Positions 1 to 22,859 of a DNA stretch of 64,000 nucleotides are shown here, one piece after another. The DNA is from the human T2T-CHM13v2.0 reference genome, Homo sapiens. The DNA lies in assembly GCF_009914755.1 (NCBI RefSeq), contig NC_060941.1. One strand, given 5' to 3'. Position 1 is the stretch's first letter. Each line of letters opens with the position of its first letter. The position numbers and the translations under genes were made by a program. Below the pieces are notes generated by a model. That model ran no database searches and was not told the DNA's origin. It saw nothing but the letters and a program-made list of their open reading frames with translations.

Positions 1-1080
1 CTCTCACCACGTCCACTGCTATTTGCAGTTCTGTGTGTGTGGAAATACTTCCACAAATTTGGAATGAACAGGTCACAGCTGTGCCTGGAGGGAATGGCCA
101 GGGAAATGTGCCCTCGCCTTGCTGTTCTATCCAGGCCCACCCAGCTGAGGATGGGGGACCTGCCACCACTCTCCTGGCAGTTCCGGACTCCTGGGAACCG
201 GCAGGTGAGGACCCAAGAGTGTTTTCAGTGACCCGGCTGACCTGGTCATCCGTCAGTCCCACCTTGGCCTAGGCCTCTATACAGCACAGATCACAGCTCA
301 TTCCATCCTGGCATTACACTGGCCTGTGCCCTGTCCTCAGGGTCACATCCGTCTCCCAGAAGCCGTGCAACCCTGGAAAACCCAGGTCTAACAGTCAGGT
401 TCCTCCTCCGTGCATTAACAATGGCGTTGACGCCTGCTTTGCGGGACGCTGGGAGGGGAGAGGGAGGTGTATGCTGGAGAGCTCCCCAGGGGCAAGGCCT
501 GGCTCTGCGTCACCCACTGTCAGATCCTGAGAGCCTGGGGCTGGCCCAGCACGTGGCCACCGTTCCCTAAGAGTTGGATTTCATCCCTCAGTGCTGAAGG
601 CAGGGGATAGAGCTTAGACAGACCCCCTGCGTCCTGTCTTCTTTATCTACAGCTTTCTCATCCTTGCCCCTTTCACGTGCACCCGGCAGAGCAGGTGTTC
701 ACTGAGCTTGAGCAAAATTCAAGCTAGAGCAGCTGATGGATCTTGAGGCCTAGATTCACTGTCAAAGTGTTTCTCAAACGGTGCTCTCCAGAACACCAAG
801 GAAAACTCATTGACTGTGTAAGTCTGAAAATCCCTGCCCACCGGTCTACCTTTGTGTATGAGCAATCAGCTCTACCATTCAGCCCAGGTGTGTGTTTGCT
901 GGACCATGTGGAGGAAGCTGAAGAGACGTGAGCTGAAGGCAGAGGGTGAGTCCAAGGTGGGATCTTGGGACAGGTACGAGAAGTTAGGCAAAAATGGGAT
1001 AATTCTAGCCTTCATAACCTTAGATAATAGTTCACATTATTATTTAGTTAATAGAACTGTACCCACATTAAATTTCTTAA

Positions 1081-1380
<300 letters not shown>

Positions 1381-1510
1381 TAAATTTCTTATGTGCCATG
1401 GGACTGCAAAACATCATTATTAGGGGCAGCTGGATGGAAGGTATAGGAGGATACTATAGTGCCTTTTCAATATTTCTGTCTAAAATCTAAAATCATTTCA
1501 ACAGGAAACA

Positions 1511-1516
1511 TTTATT
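1511..1516 (-). terminator. TBC1D3 polyadenylation signal AATAAA
   Basis: tttatt on plus strand about 290 nt past the stop codon. Confidence 0.7.
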
Positions 1517-1807
1517 TCAAAACATGAAGGTGGTTATCCTTCCATGAGTTTGAAGTACAAAGGCAGGCTCACGGTGTCGTCAGAATTCAGAACGATGGTC
1601 GTGGGGCTGGGGGTGCTGGGAGGGGCTGGGCATGGTTGGCTTTGTGATCTGGGGTCTGGTGTGTTCCATCTCTGAATCTCTCTCGAGCTGCACTCTTTCT
1701 TAATACATTTTCATAAGTTTAACCAAAAATAAAACGAGGATGCGAAGCTTGCTTGGGTTGTTAAGCCTAGGGAAATTATCCAGCCATGAGCCCTGGCCCA
1801 GATGCTT

Positions 1808-10861
<9,054 letters not shown>

Positions 10862-12290
10862 CCTGTGAGACAAAATTGTCTAAAGGTCACACTGTACGCG
10901 GCGGCTTCGGAGAACACCTGAACCGCTCTCGCCGGGCTCCCAGATGCTGGCTGGCTGCGTAACCCCCATTCCACCGCCGCCCCCAGGGAAAAAGGGGCCA
11001 GACCCAGTGGCCCACAGCTGCTCCAGTCTCTGGAGTCTCAAGTCCCAAGCAGGGGTGGGCATCTTCCCAAGGACTTGAGTACAGTGGGACCTAGACAGAG
11101 AATCCTGTTGTCCCCCAATGCCATGAAATGGGGACACACCGGCCCCAGCAGGTTGAATGGTTTCCACCTGCCAAGGGTGAAGGGCCCATGATGGGCTATT
11201 CCAGGGATGTGGAGGCAGACTGGGGTCAGCGACCAGAGGTCTCTGTGCAATCGGCCTCCTGGGATGCTCAGGGCCTCAGAGATGCCCAGTTTCCTACAGG
11301 GAACAAGATCTCTCCCGACTGCTCGGTTCTACTCCGCTCATCACTTTGGCTACCGTGGCTCTTCAGTCTGAACAGTGAAGCCACTTTAGGAATAACGCCT
11401 GTTGAGCAGGAGGGTGTTGGGTTTGGGGGATGAGGAAGATCTATTGTACGCATGGAAACCACGTCTCTCGCGGAGGGACTGTGGAGTCCACCATTCTGAG
11501 CCGTCCCAACAGGAGGAGGCTTCATTTTCCTGGGTCACTGAGGAAGAACAGTGGGTCCTTGGTCCTGGAGAACAGCTGGATGGACCGTCCCTCCTGGGAA
11601 TACTCGAGGCAAAAGGAGGGCGAGGCCTCAAGAGGACCACGCAGAGCAAGAAATACCTGGGGAGAACCCTAGTGCCCGGACCCCTTTGAACACAAGGGAA
11701 GATAGTCTCCCCTCAGCCAGCCCTCCAGGGCTCCTTCATTTTCCACAGCTGCCCAAGGGCAGCAGGCTCCCCCGGACAAGGGACCATGTGTGTTCAGTGG
11801 GGCCCACAGCGACCATCAGGACCCAGCTTAGGGCACAGAGGTGTTCTGAGGACCGTCAGTGGATCTGTACCAGTGGCTCTATACCAGTGGCTCTGCCAGG
11901 ACCAGGCTCTGCCCCATCGGGATGGGAAACCTGGGCAGATTTGGGATCTAGGGCAGGGAGGTCACAGGGTTCAGGCCTGAATTCCAGCACAGCACACGGC
12001 AGGGCTGAGAGCAAAACTCAGGGTCATGTCCGGATTCCCAGGCCGGTTACTGCCTCTCTGACCCCAGACGTCTCATCTGTCGAATGGGGACATTTGGGAA
12101 CAGCACCCACTCTACGAAGCCACCATGGAGACGAAAGAGCCAATCGTCTACACGGGCAGTGTAGAACGGGCGCCTGGTGAGTGCTCAGGGATGACCCTCC
12201 TCGGTAGCTGCCCCACAGAGGCCAACACCGCCCGCACCGTAGCCACTGTCCCCAAGTCCGCCTGGAGGGAAGAGAGCAGGTCACGCTCAC

Positions 12291-12440
12291 CTGATTCTGA
12301 TGAATCAGCTGGCCTGGGTCATGCCTCTCAGGGAGAAAACCTTTGAGTCCACAGAGCTGCTCACAGATACCACTGCCTGTGTGTAACTGCTGTAGACCAC
12401 TGAGGCAGGCCAGAGAGCAGATAGGTGCTAAGCAGCAGTG
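12291..12440 (-). other. TBC1D3: TBC1D3 non-coding 5'UTR exon
   Basis: Ends ...CAGAATCAG|gtgag (donor 12289-12290) and joins the acceptor at 10863-10864 to give CAG-G-ATG. Matches the TBC1D3 mRNA leader as I recall it. The 5' end is approximate. Confidence 0.8.
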
Positions 12441-13225
12441 ACATTCTGAGGTCATGGCACGAATCACAGTGGGGCCTTGCCCGGGTCAGCAGCACCCAGA
12501 GTCAGGGTCCTCCGCTGCCTGAGGCGTCAACATGCCTGCCTGCAACGTGTTTGTGCACGTGCGTGCACACGTGTATGTGGGTAAACATGTCTGTGCACAT
12601 GTGTGTTGCTTCTCTGGCCAGGCCCGGCTGCCCCACTCATGTGTGCACCCAGTTCCTCATCACTGTCACCCCCGAGGCCCAGGGCCAGCATCAGAGCATC
12701 CATGGCTGCTCCCTAACCTCAGCCCTCCCCGCCCAGGGTGGTCCTGGGATACACATAGGGGTGGAGGGAAGTGACTGCTGCTGTTGGATCTCAGAATACA
12801 AAAGCTAATACTATTACCTAATGGTCTTTTTAGTGTCTCTAATGGTATCGCTTTTTCATTTCTGATATTTTAACTGGGTATTTCTCTCCATGACCCTTGG
12901 ATATTCTAGCTAGAGGATCCTGTGGGGAAAGTGCCGAGCACACAGTAGGGGCTCACTCTTCTAGACATGTTATCTAAAACCTGGTTCATCTGTCCTTCCA
13001 CGCAGGGCCTAGGGGATGCCAAATTCCAGGGTCCAGAAAGAGCTTGGGATAAAATGAAACTTCAAGGGGACGGCTTTGACCTGGGCTGAGTCTGTCTGTG
13101 CCATCCAACTGGAGTCTCAAGTCCTGAGGCAGGACGTCCAGATGCCCCAGTGCAGGGCCCTCCTGATCAACACCTGCTCCCCTGTACTCATTAGCAACCT
13201 CACCCACCCTACTCTCAAAGCACAC

Positions 13226-13560
13226 TTGGCTCTCGTATCCAGGAGCTCTGCATCTATAGATTCAGCAACAGCAGATGGAAAATATTCAGAAAATAAATTG
13301 GATGGTTATGTTTCTATTGAACATGTGCAGACTTTGTTCTTGTCATCATTCCCTAAAGAATACAGTATCACGACCATTTATGTAGCATCTGCATTGTATT
13401 ACACATCATAATCTAGTAACGGTCTAACGTATACGGGAGGATGCGCATAGCTTATACGTAAATACTAGGCCATGTTCTATCAGAGACTTGAGCATCCATG
13501 GATTTTGGCATTCCCGGGGACCCTAGAACTAATCCTCCATGGATACCAAGGGATGACTGT
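13226..13560 (-). mobile_element. MER2-like (TcMar-Tigger) DNA transposon fossil
   Basis: gacttgagcatccatggattttgg...ggataccaagggatgactg is the reverse complement of the MER2 5' end. Confidence 0.7.
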
Positions 13561-14022
13561 ATATACTCACTCAGGAAGGCTTCTCATTGGAGGAAGGGCC
13601 CGGTTCAGGACAGACAGGGACATCATCCCTGGACTACTGTCCATCCATCCATTCATCCATTGGCACCACCCTCTAGGACTGTCCCAATGACAGCCCTAGC
13701 AAGTGGAGATAAGAAAAAAGACTGGCTCAAATGGTACAGCTTTGAGGTCTTGGAAGATGTTGCACCAGTATGAGAATAGGGGGTCAGTTTCCTCCAGGAT
13801 CCAGAAAGCATATCAGGCAGGCTCGGGGAGAGGAAAGGAACACGGCCTCTCCAGCAGCCACACAGGCCTGCAGTAGGATGGGGCTGGGGCTGGGGCTGGG
13901 GCTGGGACTGGGGCTGGCCCCGTTTATCACTTGGGCCTCATGAGGGGAAAAGAAAGGACAGGGGGCAGAGGAGGAGCATGGGGGCAGCGGGTTGCCTAAG
14001 GAGAAGGCGCCTCAGGGAAGGG

Positions 14023-14365
14023 GTATTAGTTTGTTTTCACACTGCTATAAAGAAATACTTGAGCCTAGGTAATTTATAAAGGAAAGAGGTTTAATCGACT
14101 CCCAGTTCAGGGAACTTACAGTCATGGCAGAAGGCGAAGGGGAAGCAGGCACCTTCTCCACAAGGCGGCAGGAGGGAGTGAGCGGAGAAGCAGGAAGTGC
14201 CACACTTTCAAACCATCAGCTCTCCTGAGAACTCCCTCACTATCAGGGGAGCAGCAGGGGGGAAACTGTCCCCAGATCCCATCCCCTCCCACCAGGTTTC
14301 TCCCTTGACACAGGAGGATTACAATTCCAGATGAGATTTCGGTGGGGACACAGAGCCCAACCTGT
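14023..14365 (-). mobile_element. MaLR LTR (MST/THE1 type)
   Basis: gtattagtttgttttcacactgctataaagaaatac...gattacaattccagatgagatttcggtggggacacag. Confidence 0.8.
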
Positions 14366-16204
14366 GAGGGTCTCAGTCTATCTTGCAGCTCCCCTGGGGC
14401 TGAGGCTGAGTACAGTTCTGCTGGCCCTGCTCTACAGCACGTGGGGACTCTGCCTGTGTGCCCCCATCTGCTCTTCCTGGGGATGGTGGCTGCTTCCTCA
14501 AGAGGAGGGTGGATCTGCTCTCCTGCCCACCCCTCTCCAGGGCCTTTTGGAGCCCTGGCCACGTCCTCCCCGGGTAAGGGCAGGAAACCGGGCTCCTTGC
14601 CCTTCTTGCTGCTTGGGTGACAATCCTGGGGTCATCCATAGGCCCCATCACTGTTCCCGCTTCTAAATGGAGGGTATTTTGGCACATCTTCCTGGCGGGG
14701 TCCGGGGCCTCATCCCTGTTATTTATTCTATCTTGGTAAAGCCAGGTTAAGACATCTGGGCAAGGAGATAGTAGAGTGGCCCCCAGGAAGGGTGGGTGGA
14801 GGGCCTGGCCTTTGGGCTTGCCTGGAGCAGGGTGGGAGGGGGCAAGGTTACCAGGAAGCAGGGCTGTCAGGGCCAAAATCAGGAGGCGGTGATAATGCTG
14901 GTGGGGGGACAGGGCTGTGTGCTTGGCTTGGGGTGGGGCATGAGAGCCAAGGTTTGTCAGCACGCAGAGGGGTGGCTGACTCATGGACTAGGGGCTATGG
15001 AACCCAGAGGCTGCCCTTAGTTCCTGGATCCTGGGAGACTTCTGGAGCCTGGGTGTGGGGCAGCCTAGGGGTGGAGGTGGGGCAGACAGGGGTAGGGGTA
15101 GGGGTAGGAGAGGAGGACTTGCATGGCAGGGTGCAGGGTAGGAAACCAGCCAGGGGCCAGTTTGCATTGGCGGCTCCCATCCCCATCCCCACCCCCAAGC
15201 CCACCCCTACCCCCACCCTGCTGCAGAGATGGGCCTGGGCTGCTGTCCTCTGCTTTGGCCTCAGCAGATCACACGATGGAAGCTGGCAGCCCCGTGGGCA
15301 CCACTCGAGCCAGCTGTGACCTGCAGTTTCTGCTTCCTGGAGTGTGGGGCGCCCACTCAGGAGAGCACGGCACACCCCACACCCCTCATTTTGAGGATGC
15401 TGGGAGGTGGGGACCAAGGTCCTGCAGCCCTCTGCTTGCGCTATGAAAGGTAGCCTAGGAGTCCTGTGTCCGCCCATCCACGTGGGGCCCCAGGAGCCTG
15501 AACAGTGGCAGGCAGAGAGATGAGGAGGGTGAGAGAAGTGGAAAAGAAGGAGAGAGAAAGAGAGATGGGGAGAAGGGAGTGAGATAGAGAGAGGATGAGA
15601 GATAAGGAGAGAGACAGAGGAGGCTGAGAGGAAAAGGAGCGAGAGAGACAGGCAGAGAGACACAAAAGGCAAAGAGAGAGACAGGGAGAGACGAGCATGA
15701 GTAGGAGGTCGGGTCACTCTCGATCCCAGTCCCCAGTGAAAACCGTAGGTCGCCATCACCTAACTACGCGTGCAATAAAGTCTTCTGCCTGCTGCTTACA
15801 GCCCGAGAGCCCTTTTCCGAGAGAACAAAATCTTTGACCGTTGCCCTTTCTCGCCGGAGTTTGCTCGTGTCTTCTGATGAACTGTGATGTCTCACCTATC
15901 GCCTTCCTGGGCTCAAGGATCCATGAAAAGCCGACGACTCTTTTGGGGAGGCTCTGCAGTGCCTTCATCTCACTAGGCTCCCCAGGAAGCTTGCGAACTT
16001 GGCTTGAGCCCTAAGCAGCCGAGTATGTGCCGGGCCTCTGCTTCTCTCTTTCAGTAAGAGGGAGAACCAAGAAAGAGGCTGAAGCATGGTCTGCAGAGAA
16101 GGCACTTGTGCAAACACCAGGAGAATGAGGGGCCTGAGTTGTCTTCATTTCTCCTAAAAACACGCATTTCCTCCCAGGCCACCCTAGTGAGGGCATGAAG
16201 CACA

Positions 16205-16420
16205 GCGTGTGTGTGTGTGTGTGTGTGTCTGTGTGTGTTTGCAGGAATATGCATGTGTGTGTGCATGTGTGTGTGTGCAGGTATATACATGTGAATGTAT
16301 TTATGTATGTGCATCTGTGTGCATGTGTGTGCATGTGTGTGTGCAAGTATATGCATGTGTATGTATCTGCATGTGTGCGTGTGTGTGTGTGTGTGTGTGC
16401 GCGTGTATGTGTGTGTTGCA
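16205..16420. repeat. Degenerate (TG)n/(TGCA)n simple repeat
   Basis: About 200 bp of alternating purine-pyrimidine sequence. Confidence 0.95.
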
Positions 16421-16614
16421 GGGCTTTACAGTGGACAGGATGTGGGAGGGCAGCTGCAGCTCCAAGCTGCAAGTCTTTCTGATAGAATGGTTAAGATTCC
16501 CTGGACCACAGAAAGAGTGTTTTCATTTGCACCTATTTTTATTAGCATTTAAAGCTGTATTCTTCGTAGCACGTGAAGCTTAAGTTGCTTAACTATTCTT
16601 AGAAACATTTACAC

Positions 16615-17112
16615 CAGCGGTCCCCAAACTTTTTGGCACCAGAGAGCAGTTTTCTTGAAGACAACTCTTCCACGGACCTGGGAGAAGGGGAAGGGATGGT
16701 GCAGAGATCATTCGAGCCCATTACATTTATTGTGTGCTTTATTTCTATGATTATTTCACTGTAATATATAATGAAATAATTACACAACTCACCATAACAT
16801 AGAATCAGTGGGAGCCCTGAGCTTGTTTTCCTGTAATTACGTGGTCCCACTTGGGGGTGATGGGAGACAGTCAGAGATCATCAGGCATTAGGTTCTCATT
16901 AGGAGCACGCAATCTAGATCCCTGGCATGCGCAGTTCACAGTAGGGTTCATGCTCCTATGAGAATCTAATGGCACCACTCATCTGACAGGTGTCAGGGCT
17001 CATGCAGTAATGTGAGGGATGGGAAGTGGCTGTTTCTACAGATGAAGCTTTGCTCACTGGCTGGCTGCTCACCTCCTGCTGTGTTGCCTGGTTCCTAACA
17101 GGTGGGGATCCG
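16615..17112 (-). mobile_element. MER1A-like (hAT-Charlie) DNA transposon fossil
   Basis: cagcggtccccaaactttttggcacc terminus; agaatcagtgggagccctgagcttgttttcc; ctatgagaatctaatg. Confidence 0.75.
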
Positions 17113-17294
17113 ATTTACCCAGCAAGATAAATATATTATTATGTCAATTTAAATTATTCACCTTGAACCACCCAAAATTACCTTGCATACCTCACCCACC
17201 CAAGGGTCCCGTAGCACACTTTGGGAGCTGCAGACAGTAAACCTGGAGCTCCATAGAGCATTCCATCTCTCCACCATCTGTGGGCTAACAGGCT

Positions 17295-17500
17295 GTGTTA
17301 GTTTCCTAGGGCTGTTTTACAGTACCACAGACTGGGCACCTTCAACAACAGAATGTTACTGTCTCGCAGTACTGGAGGCCATGAGTCCAAGATCAAGGTG
17401 TCAGCAGGGTGGGTCCCTTCTGAGGCTGTGCAGGAAGGCTCTGTTCCAGGCCTGTCTCCTCATGCGTGGGTGGACATCTTCTCCCTGTGACTCTTCATTA
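17295..17500 (-). mobile_element. MLT1-type MaLR LTR fragment
   Basis: tgtgttagtttcctagggctg...gagtccaagatcaaggtgtcagcaggg. Confidence 0.65.
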
Positions 17501-18439
17501 AGGGTGATTCTGGTGAGGGCTCCAAAGAGGAGACTTGGACAGAATGTTGGTAGATAAATGTGTCAGTGGAAACCAGAGGGTAGACAGGACTCCATCCATG
17601 CCCAGGGCTTTCTGGGGACAGACCTGTCCAAGCAGCAACCATTCCCAACCGAGTTCTGTTTCTGGAAAGCCAGGCAACAGGTGGGGCTGGGCCCTCTGGG
17701 ATTTGTTTAGTGACCCGATTATGTGGGAGGCCTGCAGTGGGTGGTTGGGTGGGGGGTGGTACCAATGCCATCATGCCCAACCTCATTGCATCACTCACTT
17801 CCCAGGCCCTGCCCTCAACCCCTCCTGACCAGGCCCTGTCCTGGTTCTCAGCCACCTTGTCCCAGTGGGTGCTTCAGCCCACTCACTGACCAAGTGAGGG
17901 ACTGACTCCAGGTTACAAAGTGCTGTGTTTATGTGACCTGAGAATACGTGTGCGCAGAGTGTTCCCACAGTGTCCTTGTAAAGTTGAGCATGTACATGTC
18001 CTGCCAGTGTGTAGGCAGCCTGTCCACACATGCCTAGGAGTGTGACTCCATGTCCTGGTAGATGGGGAAGGAGAGAGGGAGTTGTGCCCAGGGTCCCCCG
18101 ATTACTTCTATGGGTGCATGTTTGTGCTTCTTGTTAGGGGTGCTTGGGGAAGATTCTGCCCTGGGTGCCCTGGATCACCTGTGTGTGTGTGTGTGTGTGC
18201 ACGCGGGGACGCGCACGTGCATTAGGGGGTGTACTGTGTTACAGCATCCTCAACCAACTCTGTATGTGTGCATATGTTTGTGTGTGTGTGTCCTACAGGT
18301 GTGAGCGAGTGGATGCTTCCACTACGTGTCTGCACATGTGTGTGTGCACTTGCATTGTCCTTGCACACCTGCGTGTGTCCCGTGAGAGCGGAGCCCAGCA
18401 TGTGCTGGCACCTGCAGGAACATGTGAGTGTGCGTTCTG

Positions 18440-19560
18440 TGGGTCCCTGTCCTGATGGCTCTCCACTTGTCCCGAGTGTCACGACGACGAGGATGGGGAC
18501 CATATCTTCGGAGCCTGAGGATCCAACACAGGTCCAGCCCTGTGCAGCCGCCCGCCAAGCCGCCAGAGGACGAGCCGGACGCCGAAGGCTACGAGTGGAC
18601 GATTGCAGTTAGTTTCCAACTCGCCGACTTCGCGCCCCTCCACTGGCTCCGGCTTGATGATCCCGGCTTCGGGGTGCTCTCGGTCCCTCCCCATCGCGTC
18701 GTCGCTTTCTCCCTTGGCATAACCCCCAGCCGCGGGGCCGCAGACCCTAAGAGCTCCATGAGCTCTCCGCGCCCTGCCCACCGGCCCCGGCCCCGACCCC
18801 TCCCCAGACCGGACCAGAGAGGTGGGAAGTTTGGGGGCACCCGCTGTGGGTGTCCCGTTTCCGGGGCTGGGCTCCGGGGAGCCGGCGCGGCGCCCGCTCC
18901 CTGCCCGCCAGCCCTTTGGGAGCTCAGGCGCGGGCAGCCGCTTGTGTTCCTGGGAAGGGCGGAGCTGCGTCCCGGGGAGACACGCCTTGCAGCCGGCAGC
19001 CTAGTCGCTCCCCGCTGGCCGGCCGCTCCGTGAGGGCCCCGCAGCGGAGGGTCGGGGCTGGGGCGGGCTGGAGAGGGGGCCCCGGGCTGGGGCCGGTTCG
19101 GCCTCCCGGGTGGCGCGCGGGCCGAAGAACTAGGAGGACCGCCGGGCCGGGCCGCTTGTCCTTTGGAAAAACCTTGGCGGTTCCTCCTCTGGTGTCCGTG
19201 GACCCCGCCGTGGCGTTCTCCAGGGCCGCGGACCTTTGCCCACCGGTCGCGCCAGCTGTCCTGGAGCAGAAAGGACCCCCCTCCTCCCGGACCGAGCCCC
19301 GAGCCCCGAGCCCCATGGAGCAGGCAAGCGCCGGAGTCCCGAGGCTAAGGCCCGGCCGGCGGGCGCTCTGGCACCTTTTCCCGCCCCCGAGGGTGCCTGT
19401 CCGGCCCGGCCGGGACTGGCTGGGAAACCGAGGCCGGAAGAGGTCGCAGTCCAGCAAGGAATCGGTTTGTGTGGGGTGGGGGTGGGATGGGAGACCCCTC
19501 CCCAACCCCACCAGCCCCAGCCCAGCTGTGGCCCCCGCCGTGTCACTCAGAAAACCAGCG
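18440..19560. promoter_or_regulatory. CpG island about 6-7 kb upstream of the TBC1D3 5'UTR exon
   Basis: Very GC-rich with dense CpG, and GC boxes (gggcgg). Boundaries approximate. Confidence 0.8.
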
Positions 19561-20221
19561 TCAAACCCCAGCCCTGCCTGGGATGTGGACCTTGCCTGGG
19601 GAGAGTCCCGTTCAGGCTTTTCCAGGGCCTCTCCCCTGAGCAACAGGGGTGTCTGCGCTGGGCCTGGGCACTCACCAGGGCCTGCAGGCTGCCAGTCTGG
19701 AGTTTCCCTAGCATCAAATGTGCCACCGGAAGCTGAAGGTGGGGATGACCAGTGCCCCCCGGAGCGAAGACCCCCCCATCTCTCCAGGATTGGGGGTCTG
19801 CTTAGGGGTCCACTTAGGGGTGTATCCCTCAGGCATTGGAAGTGCAGATGGGAGGCCCTGAGCCATGGTGGCTCCCCCAGTCCCCAGTTCTTTCTCTGTG
19901 TAAATCCAGCTTTGCAGGGACGGGGATGTGGTGCATTTCCCGGAAGAGCCGGGGTCCTGGGGCGTGGGGAGCTGGGGCTGGGTCGTGGGGAGCTGGGACT
20001 GGGGTGTGGGGAGGGGCCCAGGGTGAGCAAGCTGAAGCAGGACTGGCACAGGCCTCTGGAGGGCCTGGGGGAGGCTGGACGCCCCGGGGTGCACCCTTGC
20101 TTGTGCACTCTTCTAAGGGTCAGTCTCAGTTTGCCCATCTGTAAATAGGGTTGATTGTCCCTGCCCTACGTGGCTGTTGTGAGCATTCAATGAGCACTAC
20201 CAGTCCTGGGAGACTCTTGGT

Positions 20222-20480
20222 GTTTTTTATTGTGCTAAAATACACAAATATAAATTTCCCATTTCAACCATTTCTTTTTGCTCCTTCACTCCCCACCCAC
20301 CCACCCATTTTTACCGTATAGTTCAGTCGTGCTCAGTACCTTCTACCTTCACGCTGTGTGCAACCCATCTCCAGAAGCCTCTTCATCCTGCAAAATTGAA
20401 ACTGGACCCATTAAACAACACCTCCCCATTCCTCCTCCCCCGGCCCCTGGCAACTGCCATTCTGCTTCTTTCTCCACATA
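20222..20480 (-). mobile_element. L1M 3'-end fragment (duplicate at about 33760-34020)
   Basis: ttattgtgctaaaatacac...cccattaaacaacacctccccattcc...cccctggcaactgccattctg. Confidence 0.65.
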
Positions 20481-20622
20481 TGGAATATATTCTATATACC
20501 TAGTTTTACATTAAGATCATAGATAGCTTTGTTTTCAGTATGTATATCTACTTTATTCTTTTCAGTAATTTCATGTTTATTATGTGGCTGTACCATCATG
20601 GTTTAAACTATCCATATTTTAA

Positions 20623-21044
<422 letters not shown>

Positions 21045-21329
21045 TGAAATAGATTCCTAGAAATAAGATAGACTGAAGAGTATGTAAATTTTAAATTTTT
21101 TTACAGACTGTGTCATTGCTTTTTAAAAATGCTGATTACCAAAATGTCACTTTTTGATACTAAAAAATAGATTGTTTTAAACACACAAAGTAAGTAGGGC
21201 TTATCAAAAAGTTAATATATTTTGCATTTCTCACAAGTGTGTTGAATTTCTCCCCCTTGCATTGTACAGCAGGAATCCTGACTCAGTCTAACTTTCTTAT
21301 ACTTAAAAAAGTATATACTAAAACATAGG

Positions 21330-21550
21330 CCAGGAGTTAGCAAATGTTTTCTATAAAAGACCAGATAGTAAATATTGTTCTTTGTGGGCTATATAATCTC
21401 TGTTGCAACAATGTGACTCCACCTTTGTCTTGGAAAGCTGGGATAGATAATATATAAAAGAGTGGGAGTGGCTGTGTTTCAACAAAACTTTGTTTACAAA
21501 ACAGGGGTCATACTAGATTTGTTCTGAGGACCATAGTTTCTTAACCTCAG
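21330..21550 (+). mobile_element. MER58A-like hAT fossil (duplicate at about 34870-35090)
   Basis: caggagttagcaaatgttttctataaaagaccagatagtaaatatt...aaactttgtttacaaaaacagg. Confidence 0.65.
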
Positions 21551-21737
21551 TCTAGGCAATCCATCAAGTAATTCTGCATTCACGATAGAAGTCTTATTGT
21601 ATATATTGGCTGACTGTCTTTCCTTTCTCTAATGTTAACCACTGATTTTGTGGAGCATGGATTCTAGGGAAATAATACCCAGGTAAGATGTCTATTACCA
21701 TGTGTGTCTTATTTTTGAAAGAGTGGTTAAATTCTTA

Positions 21738-22529
<792 letters not shown>

Positions 22530-22859
22530 TTAACTCTCTGAGCCAACATTTCCTCTTCTGTTAAATGGGAATATTAATAATACTTAGCCCTTGGAGACAC
22601 TGTTAGAATTTGAAGCACAATGAATAATTTTTAAGAGAGCTTGACTCATGAGAAAAATAAGCTTAAATGCATGAATATATATATCAAGCATGAATTTACC
22701 TAGTGCATATGCATTATACACTGGGTGCATAATACTTTATAAAATAATCATTGTTTTAAAAAATAGAGTTTCATTATTTGGGGAGAGGCATTACCGTCAT
22801 TTCCTTTCTGCTGACTTCCCCTCTTCAGAGTTTTCTGCTCTTCCCCTCCCATCCCACCA

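Noticed and set aside
14560-14760. Exon-like minus-strand stretch (DVLTWLYQDRINNRDEAP...)
   Set aside because: Acceptor-like cag present, but no recognisable homology or matching donor; insufficient support
16011-16583. Cys/Val- and His/Thr-rich ORFs
   Set aside because: Translations of the (TG)n simple repeat
18850-20148. 432-aa (+) and 404-aa (-) ORFs over the CpG island, and their counterparts at 32390-33633
   Set aside because: Pro/Gly/Arg-rich, open on both strands because of GC content. A C7/C6 indel between the copies changes the frames, so there is no sign of constraint.
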